A stretch of 64,000 nucleotides of DNA from Octopus vulgaris. Taxonomy: Eukaryota. The DNA is taken from positions 32,488,001 to 32,552,000 of the forward strand of contig OX597821.1 in NCBI GenBank assembly GCA_951406725.2, in the 5' to 3' direction. The position numbers and the translations under genes were made by a program. Below the pieces are notes generated by a model. The model saw nothing but the letters and a program-made list of their open reading frames with translations, was not told the origin of the DNA and made no database searches. Each line of letters starts with the position of its first letter. The first letter of the stretch is position 1. Below are positions 11,529 to 23,507 of this stretch, one piece after another.

Positions 11529-12339
11529 ATATATATATATATATATACAAAAAAAAATATGAGTGCAAAAATAACAGCAAACTCTTTAAAAAAAAAGAAA
11601 ATTAAAAATAGCAAAGAAATATAGTGAAATGAAAGTGTTCATTCATATCGTGTATGCAAACACATGTTTTACTTGTGGCAATAATGCCGTTTGTTTTCAA
11701 AAAATCCATTATTTTCTCTGAAGCAAGCTGCTTCAATATTTCCTAAAATGAACACTTTAATTTTACTCTGTCATATTACTGCGGGAAATTACTCCGAAAG
11801 AAATCTTTGCAGAAAGATGGGTAGATTGATTACATATTTCTTTCATTATGTTATCGCAGTTTTGTGAGATTTGGCTGTCATCTCTAGCATGTGAATAGCC
11901 TGCTTCAAGGCCAAGGCCGTAGAATCGAGAGGGGAGAGGTGGGTAATTTTTTTGTCTTTTTTAATTGAAATTTTCCAAACAATTTTTTTTCTTCAGAATC
12001 ATAATCTCCGTATTTTTGTACGTATTTCGCATAAATAAATTTCCGGTAAAAGTGAAAAATGAAGAAATGTTGGCGGGGGGTGTGTGTGAAATTTTGAAGT
12101 TGCGATGTTTGAAATTTTTTTTTCTTTTTAGAATCGGAATCTCCATAAACTAATTCCCTAAAAAAAATTAAAGGGGTGAAGGGTTCGGTTTACGCACTAA
12201 TTCTTTACTACTGTAGCATACGTTTCTACACAACTAAACACTAATGCAAGGAGTAAATCAATAATTAACAAACAAATATATATTTTTTTTAATTCCAAGA
12301 TGACTACTCAATAACAAAAATCTGAACAAAATTGGTCTG

Positions 12340-15300
12340 AGAATGAAAATAGACCTGATAAATTCATGGAACTATCTTGTCAAAACGGAATACAGAAACA
12401 TCATGTCTCGACCTAATAACCAGACATACCATTCGACTTTTCAGAAATCGCCCCGAGAAGCAGATTCAAAACAAACTTAAACAAATTGAAATGGCATTTT
12501 AATTCGTTAATAGACATTTTGAAAAGACTCCGACGGGTTTTCTCTTCAACAACAACAACAACACAAACAACCATCATGGCAACAACAACACCAACAACCA
12601 TCATGGCAACAACAACACCAACAACCATCATGGCAACAACAACAACCACGGCAACAACAGCAACCACCTCGGCAACAACAACAACAATCACCACAGCAAC
12701 AACAACAATAAAAACCACAGCAGGAACAACTGACCCAACTCCAACCTTTAACACTCCTTAATTCAACCACAATTGATGATCTACTTAATGAAACGATCAG
12801 TTTCTCAGATTCCAGCTGTTCACACCCCATTCAACGAGAGTTTGTTGATCACCCATCAACTCTTCAACAGCAGCAACAATTACAGCACTAAAAATCCCAA
12901 CATCAACAACTACAGCTACAGCAACCACCTCAAAAATAGCAACAAACACAGCTTCAACTTACTACTATCCCAATTTGTGATCAACCTACTAAATGCTTAC
13001 TTGAAGACCCCTTAATGAATTTGCCGAAGACAAATGTACACAAATTAATGTTATGCTCTTCGCAGCCTACACACGAAACCCCAAAATATGCCGCTATTCA
13101 CTACGCACTGTCACTGCTTGCTATTTCACTCATTTACCAGGGACTAGACGTTCAATTCCTACTCACAACAGCCACTTCAATCAAAGTGCACAATCTAAAA
13201 CAAAGCCGCTACCACCACCGCCACCACCCTCACCAAATACTAAATGAAATTTGAAAAAGACCACTCATGCTACACGGAACCTTAAAGTCTGCCGTTATTC
13301 CCAGCGTAACAGATTGTGTCTACAGCATAATTGTCCATTTACCTATGTCCCGGGGACTTGTCGCACAAATAAAAAACATAAACGGGACCTCCTAACCAGT
13401 ACAAAACCACAACCACAAACATTCTCAGTTCTCCTAACAGAGTTATTTTTTAACCATAAGGAATCTGGCAAACGAGCTACAAAAGAAACTTCTAGCCATC
13501 ACACAATGCCACCATCCACCAGCACCCTATTGCACAAACTCCCATTGCTGCCATTAACAAACAAATCCTCAAAACAGTCAAAATCAGTCACCACCATCGC
13601 CTCAACATTTTTGCTCAATGCACAAGACATCAGCCCTTCAACTAATGACCAAAAGTGGAAGATCCAATTTATCGAGGACTGGGTTAATGACCATCGACGC
13701 CATATCTCTTTTTTCGTCCTCACAGAGACCCATTTCAATAACCTCCACTTGGAAGCTGAGGTGGTAGTGAAGAATTATACAGCCATCTGTGCAGATCGTG
13801 TCGGCAGAAGAAAGGGTAGGGCCTTTTCGTGCATGATTCTTTTTCGGCTGAAGCAATGGACGTATTTACTAACGGCTACTGTGTAGCAGCTTCTGTGTAT
13901 AGTAAAACCGACAAGTTAATAGTAGTTGGGCTCTATAGGCCACCCCTAACTCCTTTACTACGCTTCAAGGAATGCCTCAACAGTATTAAGTGTTTCACCC
14001 ATCAGTATCATGATGACAACATATTAATGATGGGGGGCCTTCACCCTTCCCAGTGTTGATTGGTCCGCAAACAGATTGAAATCAGGCTTTTCCACCTCAA
14101 CCCCTGATAAGGAAGCAATCCAATTGCTTTTTGATTTCATGGATGAGTTTTTCCTGACCCAACTTGTTCGTGAACCAACAAGGTGTCACCTAGTGCTCAG
14201 TAACCACACTGACACTATCCACAATATTGCAGTTGAAAAAACGCCATTACTCTCAGACCATGACATGGTTCTCTGCGATCTGAGATTCTACCACCCAAAG
14301 ATCAAATCCAGTGACATTTCTCCAGTCCATCCATAACGCAGAGTGGGGTGCGATCAATCATGATCATTCACAAGTTGATTGGGCCTCCACGCAGGCATAC
14401 CCCCGCCTCCAACATAAACATATCATGGCAGACATTTGTAGATAGTGCAACAAATATATGCGCAAAGCATACTCCATTAAAATCAGTATACAAATCTATT
14501 TCCTCGAAATAGGAGAGCAATTATCAGAAAAATAAAAAGAATTAACAAAAAAAATCAACCAACTTAAATACTGCCAGCAGCAACGCACCCATTTAACTGC
14601 CATTGCATCACTCGAATCGAAAAACACAACCTCCAAAAAAGCATGATAACCATCATTAACAGACAAAGAGCAGCTGAGGAGAGTTGGGCCATTGAAAATA
14701 TAAAACCCAATCCCAAAATGTTCTTTTCATTTGCAAAAAAACATAAAGACGCTGTTTCTTCTGTTGGTCTTCTGGCTGATGAGAAAACCACGCTACATGA
14801 TGATGCAAAATCCATGTGCGAGATACTGCAGAGACAATACTGCTCTGTCTTCAGTAACGCTGATGCGGTTGATCTGGCTAGAATCAATGATGTAAATCCT
14901 CAACTAACCATATTTGACAACTTTTAGTGATCCTGATAGCCTAACAGAAATAGATAAGATCAAGCACAACTCGGTCCCGATAAGATCCCGGTCACTGTCC
15001 TGAAGATGTGTGGTCATCAAATTGCACCCCCTCCATCTGAGCTCTGGAGAAACTCACTTGATCCAGGCAACATTCATAATCATTTTCTTTCCCAGTCTGT
15101 CGTTCCAGTCTTCAAAAAAGGAAACAAATCTCTTGCAGTGGACAATCGTCCGATTTCACCCACTTCTCATATCCTTAAATTATTTGAGAGGGTGGTGAGA
15201 ACCTGAAGAACTCGCTTCCTCGAAGACAACAATCTGCTGAACCCCAACCAGCATAGATTCCGTGATGGCAGGGACTGCCTGTCGCAGCTTCTGCACCATT

Positions 15301-15960
15301 TTAATGACATCTTAAAAGTGTTGGGAGAAGGCTCCAACACTGACGTCATATACCTTGATTTGACAGAGTGGACCACAAAATCCTGCTGAAGAAACTGCCC
15401 ATCACTGGAGTCCGTGGAAAGCTGCTGCAGTGGATAAAGTGTTTCCTCACGAACAAAACACATGTTGTGTTTGAGGGAATACTATCCAGCTCAGCTAAAA
15501 TCAGTAGTGGCGTCCCACAAGGTACTGTGTTGGGCCCACTCCTCGTCATTATATACATCAACGACATAGTAGGTGTCATCAAACATTCTACATTGAAAAT
15601 CTTTGCAGATGATTCCAAACTCCAGAAAGCCATAAACAGCATGAGAGACCGAACATGACTTCAGTTAGATCTGTTTGCCATTGTCCAATGGGCGGATAAA
15701 AACAATATGCTTCTAAATGAAGATAAGTTTGATTTGAGCCACTTCGGAAAAGAGGAAGCTCTGAAATTACCATATGCTCTTCCCTGTGGCGACTCTCCAG
15801 TGTCATCTAACAACACCAGAGACCTTGGAGTAATTGTTTATAACAATCTAAGCTGGAGTTCCCACGTAAACAGCAAGGTTGACTTGGCCCGCAAGATGTG
15901 CTCCTGGATTCTGAGAACTTTCCGATCTAGAGATGCCTACATCATCATCCTTCTCTACTA
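12340..15960 (+). mobile_element. Degenerate CR1-group LINE (ORF1 relic plus APE-RT ORF2), 3' truncated
   Basis: APE motifs FVLTETHF, ADRVGRRKG, VGLYRPP, LSDHDMV; linker IKPNPKMFFSFAK; RT SSGVPQGTVLGPLL..YINDI..IFADDSKL, RDLGVI..NLSWSSH. Many frameshifts. Upstream Cys/His motifs (PKICRY, LKVCRY) and a Thr-rich segment are probably ORF1. The 5' boundary is uncertain. Confidence 0.85.
12567..12647 (+). repeat. 27-bp minisatellite x3 in a (CAA)-rich tract
   Basis: acaaccatcatggcaacaacaacacca repeated (TTIMATTTP). Confidence 0.8.
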
Positions 15961-16069
15961 TATATACAAACAGCATTACGATGTAACATATCGCAAACCA
16001 TTTTGTTCAGCATTTTAACAATTTACTCACTATCATCACCGTCACCATTCTACTTCTAATAACATTTTT

Positions 16070-17425
16070 GTTATAAACACAAGGCTTGAAATTTTGGGAG
16101 CTGCTCATCTCCTACTTGTTTTATCTCCCTCGAAAGGATAAAAGGTGAAGTCAACTTTGGCGGAATTCGAACTCAAGACGAAAATATGCCACAAAGATTA
16201 ATTTCTCCGTTGTACTAACGATTCTGTTAGCTTGCCGCCTTTCCTATTCTTAATAATGGTTTATCTTTAAGGAAAATATCACCAATTTTGGAAATAAGTA
16301 GTAAGTCGATGTCATCGATACCAGTACTATTCTAGTGCTTTATTTTATGAACCCCGGGACGATGAAAGGCAACGTTGGCTCCGGCACGTATTGAACTCAG
16401 AACGTAGTTATCCCGACAAACTAGCTTTTCTTCCGGTTCACTGTTTTAAAATCACGGTTTCTAATTTAGGCACAAGAACAACAATTATTAAGGGAAAGTG
16501 TTAGTCGAAACTATTGACTTCCGTAGGGAGGTAATTCAAAGTTGGCCTGGGCAGGATTTAAATTTGATCTCACTCGAAAGGATAACAGGTGAAGTCAACT
16601 TCGGCGGAATTCGAACTCAAGACGAAAATATGCCACTGCTCTATGGACTCTGCAAACCCACTGCTTCCTTCCAATAATGCTTTGTAATTTTAGCATACGA
16701 TGGTGTTTAGCCAACACCATAGACCCCAGTAAAGAGTTTCAGCTTTATTTTATCGATCTCGAAAACATTAGCTGACCTCGGTGAGATTTGAACTCCGAAT
16801 ATGAAGAGTCGATGCAAATACTGCAGAGCCGTTTGATCCGACGCTTTAACGATTTTGCTAGCTCGCCACCTACTTCCTGCTTCACATAAGCCATTCTATG
16901 TAAGGATAAGGGCTGGAATTTCGGAGGAAGGCCAGCTCGATTATATTGACCGCAGTGCTCAACTGGTATTTATTTTATCGACCCTGAAAGAATAAAAGGA
17001 AAATCGGCCTCAGTTGGAAATTATTTCACTTGGCCTGAAACCTTATGGGGAGGATGCTACCTGATATCATAAACCGCAGTACATGACTGGCACTTTATTT
17101 TATTGACCCCGAAAGGGAAAAGCGCATAGGCATCATTGACCTCAGTACATGACTGGAACTTTATTTTATCGACCCCGAAAGGGAAAAGCGCATAGGTATC
17201 ATTGACCCCAGAACATAACTGGAACTTTATTTTATCGACCCCGAAAGGGAAAAGCGTATAGGTATCATTGATCTCAGTACATGACTGGAGCTTTATTTTA
17301 TCGACCTCGAAAGGGAAAAGCGCATAGGTGTCTCCAAGAGGAACTGAACTCAGATTATAAAGAGGCGGGACATATAACGGAGAGTAAATTTTTCCGACAT
17401 TTTAATGATTCTGCTAGCTCACTAC
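16070..17425 (-). mobile_element. Cluster of decayed SINE family B copies, head-to-tail
   Basis: Recurring ttttatcgaccccgaaaggatgaaaggcaaagtcgacctcggcggaatttgaactcagaac...gattctgctagctc motif. On the minus strand this gives the tRNA-like head gagctggcagaatc and B-box gagttcaaattcc. Confidence 0.75.
17078..17329. repeat. 66-bp tandem repeat (~3.8 copies) derived from the SINE B core
   Basis: Units start at 17078, 17144, 17210 and 17276: agtacatgactggaactttattttatcgaccccgaaagggaaaagcgcataggtatcattgacccc. Confidence 0.92.
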
Positions 17426-17955
17426 ATTCTTCCTGCTTCTAATTATAGCAACGGATACATTCTATAACTATGTGTATTGTCAGCAGGAGTACTTTCATTC
17501 TTTACGGATTTTGTTCAAATATCAGGTTGTTATTAATATCACAGATCTGTAAAATCCCATCGGAAAGAAGAACTTGGTTGAGCAGAAAGTTTAACTCTAA
17601 TTTCTCTTAAGACATCATGATTAATTGAAATATGACATTTTAATTAATAATGATATCTTAGATTTATTACGAAACGGAAATTAAAAGTATAAGCTTTAGC
17701 AAAGTGAAGTGAAGCGGTTCCAACCGGAAATCAAAACTGATTTGCAGACTCAATTCGCCAAGAGACTAACAACAATCGCTAAACGCCAAATTCTGAATTC
17801 TGTATCGCCCTTCTCTTTCCTTCGTTCTTTCTTGATTTCTTTCTCTCTTACCACACACACACACACACACAAACACACACAAACACACACACACACAAAC
17901 ACACACACGCACACGCACACACATGTATGCATGCACACATACATACATACATACA

Positions 17956-17989
<34 letters not shown>

Positions 17990-18120
17990 AGAGAGAAAGA
18001 AATATTTATATATATATATATGTGTGTATATAAGTTATACATACAAGAATGCATATATATTCATCTATCTCACTCATTCTTTTTCTCTCTCTCTCTCTCT
18101 GTATATATATATATGAATAC

Positions 18121-18168
<48 letters not shown>

Positions 18169-19343
18169 CATACATACATACATACATACAAAAATACATA
18201 CATATAGACGCCCACATGCATATGTGTGTGTGTGTATATATATATATACGCTCACATATATGCACATGTGTGTATATATATAATATATATAATATATATA
18301 TACAGACACACATATTTATGGTGTATATATGTGTGTGTGTGTGCGCGCGCGCGCCCCCGCATGGCTGTATGTATTCTATTTTAGGTAGTCCATCTAGTCA
18401 GAACGGTTGTTGGGCTTCATTGTTTTAATTTTGTTTATATTTCACTTAAATACTGTCTAGTTTTATTTTTAACTACGTCCGTTGTTGTCTTTCTTAGAAT
18501 GAAATTTACGACAACAGTTTCCAGTTAATTCCAATTAATTTCATCTGTTGAGTTCCAGTTTTCTAAATCAAATCTAATCCAATTAAGATCTCATCACTAC
18601 CTCATCACACAGTTAACTTTAATCTTCTCATTAAAAACAATTTTATTGTGCATAAAAATACATGTGTATTATGGAGAGGAATAATAAACATGTGAATTGT
18701 AGCGATATATTTAAAAGCAGGATAAACAACTATTTTTTTTTCTTATATTAATACGATTAAGTTAAAGTCAAATAATAATTGAGCATCAGTAACATTTCTT
18801 TTTTTGTTATGTTTGTTTTAGTATTAATTATCAGAGATTTATTAAATACGAAATAGCTAGGAGGAATGGCTTTACGATAATGAGATTTGATAGCCTGTTA
18901 ACTTTAGAGTGGGGTATTGCACCACCTTATTCAAGTAATTGAAATGAAATTGTTTTCATTAACAAGAACATGTTGAGATAGGAAGAAATAGTATGTTAAC
19001 TTACTTCCTCCTATTTCATTTGCTGCTGCTGTTGATTAGCACAAGATCAGCACTTACATTAATCGACATTGTAGCTGTGACCATCTCTTCAATTTATATA
19101 TGAACGACATTATCTTACCCTTTTTAAAATAGTTGTGTGAAATACGAGAGATTTCACTGCTGTTTTTAGTAATGCGATCAGTAGTCGCAGGGAAACGAAA
19201 GTAATTGAAAGCAGTATTCAAATTTTAGCGAAACTGTGTTTAAAATGTTGCCTTATTAGTTTAAAATGTTGCCTTTAATAATCGATACTTGATGGCGAAA
19301 ACGTGTTTGGAGCAAGCCTATACATTAATTCGAACATAGATCA

Positions 19344-19789
19344 GGGATCTTTTCGGTTTGAACGGCGGTTTTTTCTAGCGGTGTCATATGAAATTGTCAC
19401 CCATAATTATGACTCTAGTATCGATCTATTGCATTTCAATCTGTTTTAGGGTTAGGTTTAGTTAGGGTTAGTTAGAGTTAGGATTAGGGGTGGGGGGAAG
19501 GGTATCTTTTTTCCTTCACAAATGTAAATAAACCCAATCTGTTTCTTTAAACGAGTGACATATTCATACGGCACAGAATGATTTTTACCTTAATACATGT
19601 CACTGATTGGGTGAAATCGCAGAAATTGAAGAAAACAACAACAAATATCTAACAAACTATAGAATTTTCTCAATAAAGCCAAGAGAAAAAAATGTTTTAT
19701 AAACGCATTCTACCAGTATACGAAGTTTAAAAGTGTTTAGTTACGTGGAAATTATTTTAAAAAACTGCCGGTCAAACCGAAAAGATCCC
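19344..19789 (+). mobile_element. Non-autonomous DNA transposon (MITE) with internal TTAGGG-like repeats and 6-bp TSD
   Basis: TIRs gggatcttttcggtttgaacggcggtttttt / aaaaaactgccggtcaaaccgaaaagatccc. AGATCA at 19338-19343 and 19790-19795. Internal ttaggggttaggtttagttagggttagttagagttaggattagggg. Confidence 0.9.
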
Positions 19790-20496
19790 AGATCAGTCCC
19801 ATCAGATTTGTTTTGGGGCCTATTAAAAGGCACACGATTTACACATACAAATAGAGTATTTTAAACGCAGGAGCGAACGACAGTTAGATAAGCAGTCAAA
19901 GAGAAGAAAGCAACAGGCAGCTAAGTAACTAACAGACAAGTAACAAGAGAGAACAGTCGTGCGTACATATCAGGCGCTGTTTATTGTCAAATGACGCGGA
20001 CGGCCAAACTCATCACACACGAATAGTCCCCAGCATGAAGTAATCTCATTTCTACTTGCACAGGGCAACGCTAAGGCTACTGGCACTCATATTAATGCTC
20101 TCATTCTTTCTTTCTTCCTCTCTTTATATTTCATGCTCGAATATTAGAGAATCACTCCCCAAACATATATTAGTTAATCAATCATATTATATTAGAGAAC
20201 CTATCCACAAACACAAAACAATACAACTGACTAATTTGACTGATTAAAGGGAGTATAATAGCATCTGACTTCTACATATGTCTCGACAGATCATTTTACT
20301 TTACAAATTTCCTTTTCTAAGTATTTGTTAAATTCTTGTCTGGGTGAGACATTCTTTGCAATAGTTATATTTCATGAGGTGTGCGCGGTGTGTGCGTGTT
20401 GGTTTTAAGTGCTATTGCTGTAAGAATGATTGTAAATACAAATAACGTGAATATACAAATAATTATACACATCTAAACTATATATGTATATAAAAT

Positions 20497-20702
20497 GTGA
20501 CCGCGTATGTACCGTTGGCGATTTTTTCCACCGTCTTTCCTTCTTTGGATCTTTCCTTTTCCTATGTTTCTGACGAAGACCTCCGCTCGAAACCTAAAAC
20601 CCTCCTTCTTTCCTTCTTTCCTGAGCGTCCAATAATACTATACTTGTTCCACGTCCTCGCATTGTTGTGTTTTCTCTTTGTGTTTTTATGTTTGGATTAA
20701 CT
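20497..20702 (+). mobile_element. Penelope-like (pLTR-type) fragment with degenerate minimal hammerhead at 20566-20600
   Basis: GTTT-CTGACGA-AGACCTCCGCTC-GAAA-CC-TA-AAAC; 3' end runs into (TA)n. Homologous to 43205-43288 and 47245-47475. Confidence 0.65.
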
Positions 20703-20721
20703 ATATATATATATATATATA

Positions 20722-21065
20722 AATATAAGCATTTAATTATCAGTAACTGTGACTGGGGATGTTTGTAGCACCAATATTGCTACAAATAAGAATTGAAAAC
20801 ACTTAGAGCAGAAAGAAAGCACATTTTCATATACTGACAGAGGAGATAACCACTCCATAAGCGAACTAGACTAGACAAATTTCGACTGAAAATGACAAGC
20901 TCGTCAGTGGTGACTTCTCCATCACCGAATGGTTTGGTTAAATCCAGACAATCACTATATACATACACCATATAAATTAATGACTGATTTAAGTGAAATG
21001 CTAATGTGAAAATTATAAATCATGAAGGCAGCTTTACGCAATATGAAACAGGTCACAAGCAGAAG

Positions 21066-21068
<3 letters not shown>
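20722..21068 (-). mobile_element. (TA)n-flanked insert with degenerate hammerhead-like motif at ~20870-20911
   Basis: Minus strand ACCA-CTGACGA-GCTTGTCATTTTCAGTC-GAAA-TTTG-TC-TAGT. Core intact, stems imperfect. Confidence 0.45.
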
Positions 21069-21125
<57 letters not shown>

Positions 21126-21127
<2 letters not shown>

Positions 21128-21294
21128 GTAAAATAATATGTGACAATTATTCGGTAGCCAAGATCAAACTCTGAGTTTCGGATGCCGAGATGGAAATCCA
21201 AAATACCATCTCTTCGGTTATCTGGCCATCTGACAAATTTCCTCTATTTACATAATCTCTTTCATTCTTTTGTTATCTTACCGGTTTTACCAAT

Positions 21295-21295
<1 letters not shown>
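21126..21295 (-). mobile_element. (TA)n-flanked insert with degenerate hammerhead-like motif at ~21162-21222
   Basis: Minus strand GATAA-CCGAAGA-GATG...CATCC-GAAA-CTCAGAG-TT-TGATC. U4 is replaced by C. Confidence 0.4.
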
Positions 21296-21384
<89 letters not shown>

Positions 21385-21549
21385 AAATTCAAAATGCGAT
21401 AAAATAAAATTAATTATTATCGCTGGTGTTTCTAGCACAGGCCATATATTATTCATATATAAGTACATTAAAGGCGAAGTATGTACTAGAAACACAGAAG
21501 CTTGATAAATTTAGTGAAATGAAAATAAAAACATTTACTAACTCTGTTT

Positions 21550-21624
21550 ATCTTAGACTGCAGTTTCGCCTTTTTCAGCAATAAAAATAATATTTATTTA
21601 CTCAGGTAGGCTCTTCAGTAAGAT
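21550..21624 (-). ncRNA. Type I hammerhead ribozyme (complete)
   Basis: Minus strand ATCTTA-CTGAAGA-GCCT(long AT-rich loop)AGGC-GAAA-CTGCAG-TC^TAAGAT: 6-bp stem I, canonical core, 4-bp stem II, palindromic stem III, GUC cleavage triplet. Confidence 0.9.
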
Positions 21625-21948
21625 TCCTGTTATTATGAAACGCAACTCGATAGACACATGTGCGTCTACTAATTTGCTCTTTCTAACTAATCAGATCACT
21701 GCGCAGACGCAGAACGAACCCGACAAACTAGGGACTTCTGGTATATAGTCTAACGCTCAAAATTTATCGAGAAATATGTAAACAAATTCAAAATGCGATA
21801 AAATAAAATTAATTATTATCGCTGGTGTTTCTAGCACAGGCCATATATTATTCATATATAAGTACATTAAAGGCGAAGTATGTACTAGAAACACAGAAGC
21901 TTGATAAATTTAGTGAAATGAAAATAAAAACATTTACTAACTCTGTTT

Positions 21949-22023
21949 ATCTTAGACTGCAGTTTCGCCTTTTTCAGCAATAAAAATAATATTTATTTAC
22001 TCAGGTAGGCTCTTCAGTAAGAT
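21949..22023 (-). ncRNA. Type I hammerhead ribozyme (complete), second unit
   Basis: Same motif, 399 bp from the first. Confidence 0.9.
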
Positions 22024-22347
22024 TCCTGTTATTATGAAACGCAACTCGATAGACACATGTGCGTCTACTAATTTGCTCTTTCTAACTAATCAGATCACTG
22101 CGCAGACGCAGAACGAACCCGACAAACTAGGGACTTCTGGTATATAGTCTAACGCTCAAAATTTATCGAGAAATATGTAAACAAATTCAAAATGCGATAA
22201 AATAAAATTAATTATTATCGCTGGTGTTTCTAGCACAGGCCATACATTATTCATATATAAGTACATTAAAGGCGAAGTATGTACTAGAAACACAGAAGCT
22301 TGATAAATTTAGTGAAATGAAAATAAAAACATTTACTAACTCTGTTC

Positions 22348-22415
22348 ATCTTAGACTGCAGTTTCGCCTTTTTCAGCAATAAAAATAATATTTATTTACT
22401 CAGGTAGGCTCTTCA

Positions 22416-22418
<3 letters not shown>
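22348..22418 (-). ncRNA. Type I hammerhead ribozyme, third unit, 5' strand of stem I truncated by (TA)n
   Basis: Core and stems II/III are intact; the array ends at ctcttcagta followed by (TA)n. Confidence 0.75.
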
Positions 22419-22482
<64 letters not shown>

Positions 22483-22483
22483 A

Positions 22484-22709
22484 AGAAGAAATAAGGTACT
22501 CAGAAATCTGGATGGTTTTATATTTATAGATTTTTATTAATATTTCACATGCTTTTATATATCATATGTTATTGCTTGCATCCACTCTAGTGAAGAATCC
22601 ACTAGAGTGGATGCACGCGCTAATATATGATTTATAAAAAACATGTGACATATTAATAAAAATCTGTAAATATAAAACCATCCAGATTTCTGAGTACCTT
22701 ATTTCTTCT
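22484..22709. repeat. ~110-bp-arm imperfect inverted repeat between (TA)n tracts
   Basis: agaagaaataaggtactcagaaatctggatggttttatattt...gcatccactctagtg / cactagagtggatgc...aaatataaaaccatccagatttctgagtaccttatttcttct, with a 7-nt loop. Confidence 0.92.
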
Positions 22710-23208
22710 AATATATAATACCTGTACATCACCTCCAAACCTTCTAATATATATATATATATACTTTATGCTTATGACGGTATATCCTTCTTATGTACCT
22801 TTTGCATAACGGTAGATGAAATGACTCAGATCAAAACGTAAATAGTTATGATAGCCGTAGTGACGCAAATTTTGGCTGTCAGGTTACCATTGATAATGTA
22901 ATAATGCTGAATGGGAAAAGTTACAGAGAGAAGAGGAGGATTAGAATACAAAAAGAGAAAAGACGACGAAACAAGATGTATGAATGTAACGCCTCTGCGT
23001 CTTTCTCTATTCTTCCTCTCATTTCCTTATTCCCTCTCACCTTCTGCACCCCGTCTCTCTAATACACATATTTCTTGGGTTTGAATTACTTTAGAATTTT
23101 ATCCTACTATCTGAACTGTATTTTCGATTATAAGTGTTGGAAAACGGTAAGATATTCTGTCTATATGTAATTTGTGCTTGTGTTTGTGTGTGTGTGTGTG
23201 TGTTTACG

Positions 23209-23318
<110 letters not shown>

Positions 23319-23325
23319 TAAATAA

Positions 23326-23476
23326 AAGCATGGCTATGTGGTAAGAAGTGTCCTTCCGAACCAGATGGTTCCGGCTTCAATTCCAGTGCGTGGCACCTTG
23401 GACAAGTTTCTTCTACTATAACCTCAGACTGACCAAAGCCTTGTGAGAGGTTTTATAGATGGAAACCGAAAGCTGT
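23326..23476 (+). mobile_element. SINE family A, 5' part
   Basis: tggctatgtggtaagaag...gtggcaccttggacaag...accaaagccttgtgag. Confidence 0.75.

Positions 23477-23507
<31 letters not shown>

Larger units (their letters stand above)
21381..22418 (-). mobile_element. 399-bp tandem array (2.6 units) with one hammerhead per unit; non-LTR retrozyme-like
   Basis: Units start at 21381, 21780 and 22179 and are near-identical. The array is embedded between (TA)n tracts and has no ORF. Confidence 0.85.

Noticed and set aside
12486-12761. Mucin-like Thr-rich host exon
   Set aside because: (CAA)-rich repeat contiguous with the CR1-type LINE upstream region; no supported splice structure.
17078-17329. CRISPR-like regular repeats
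   Set aside because: Units are contiguous with no unique spacers, are SINE-derived, and lie in a eukaryotic context with no cas genes.
19445-19497. Telomere or chromosome-fusion relic
   Set aside because: Short TTAGGG-like run internal to a MITE and repeated at the same position in the second copy.
21381-22418. Rolling-circle endless ORF (399 and 360 are both multiples of 3)
   Set aside because: The ORF track shows no frame running through a whole unit in either array; stops are present.
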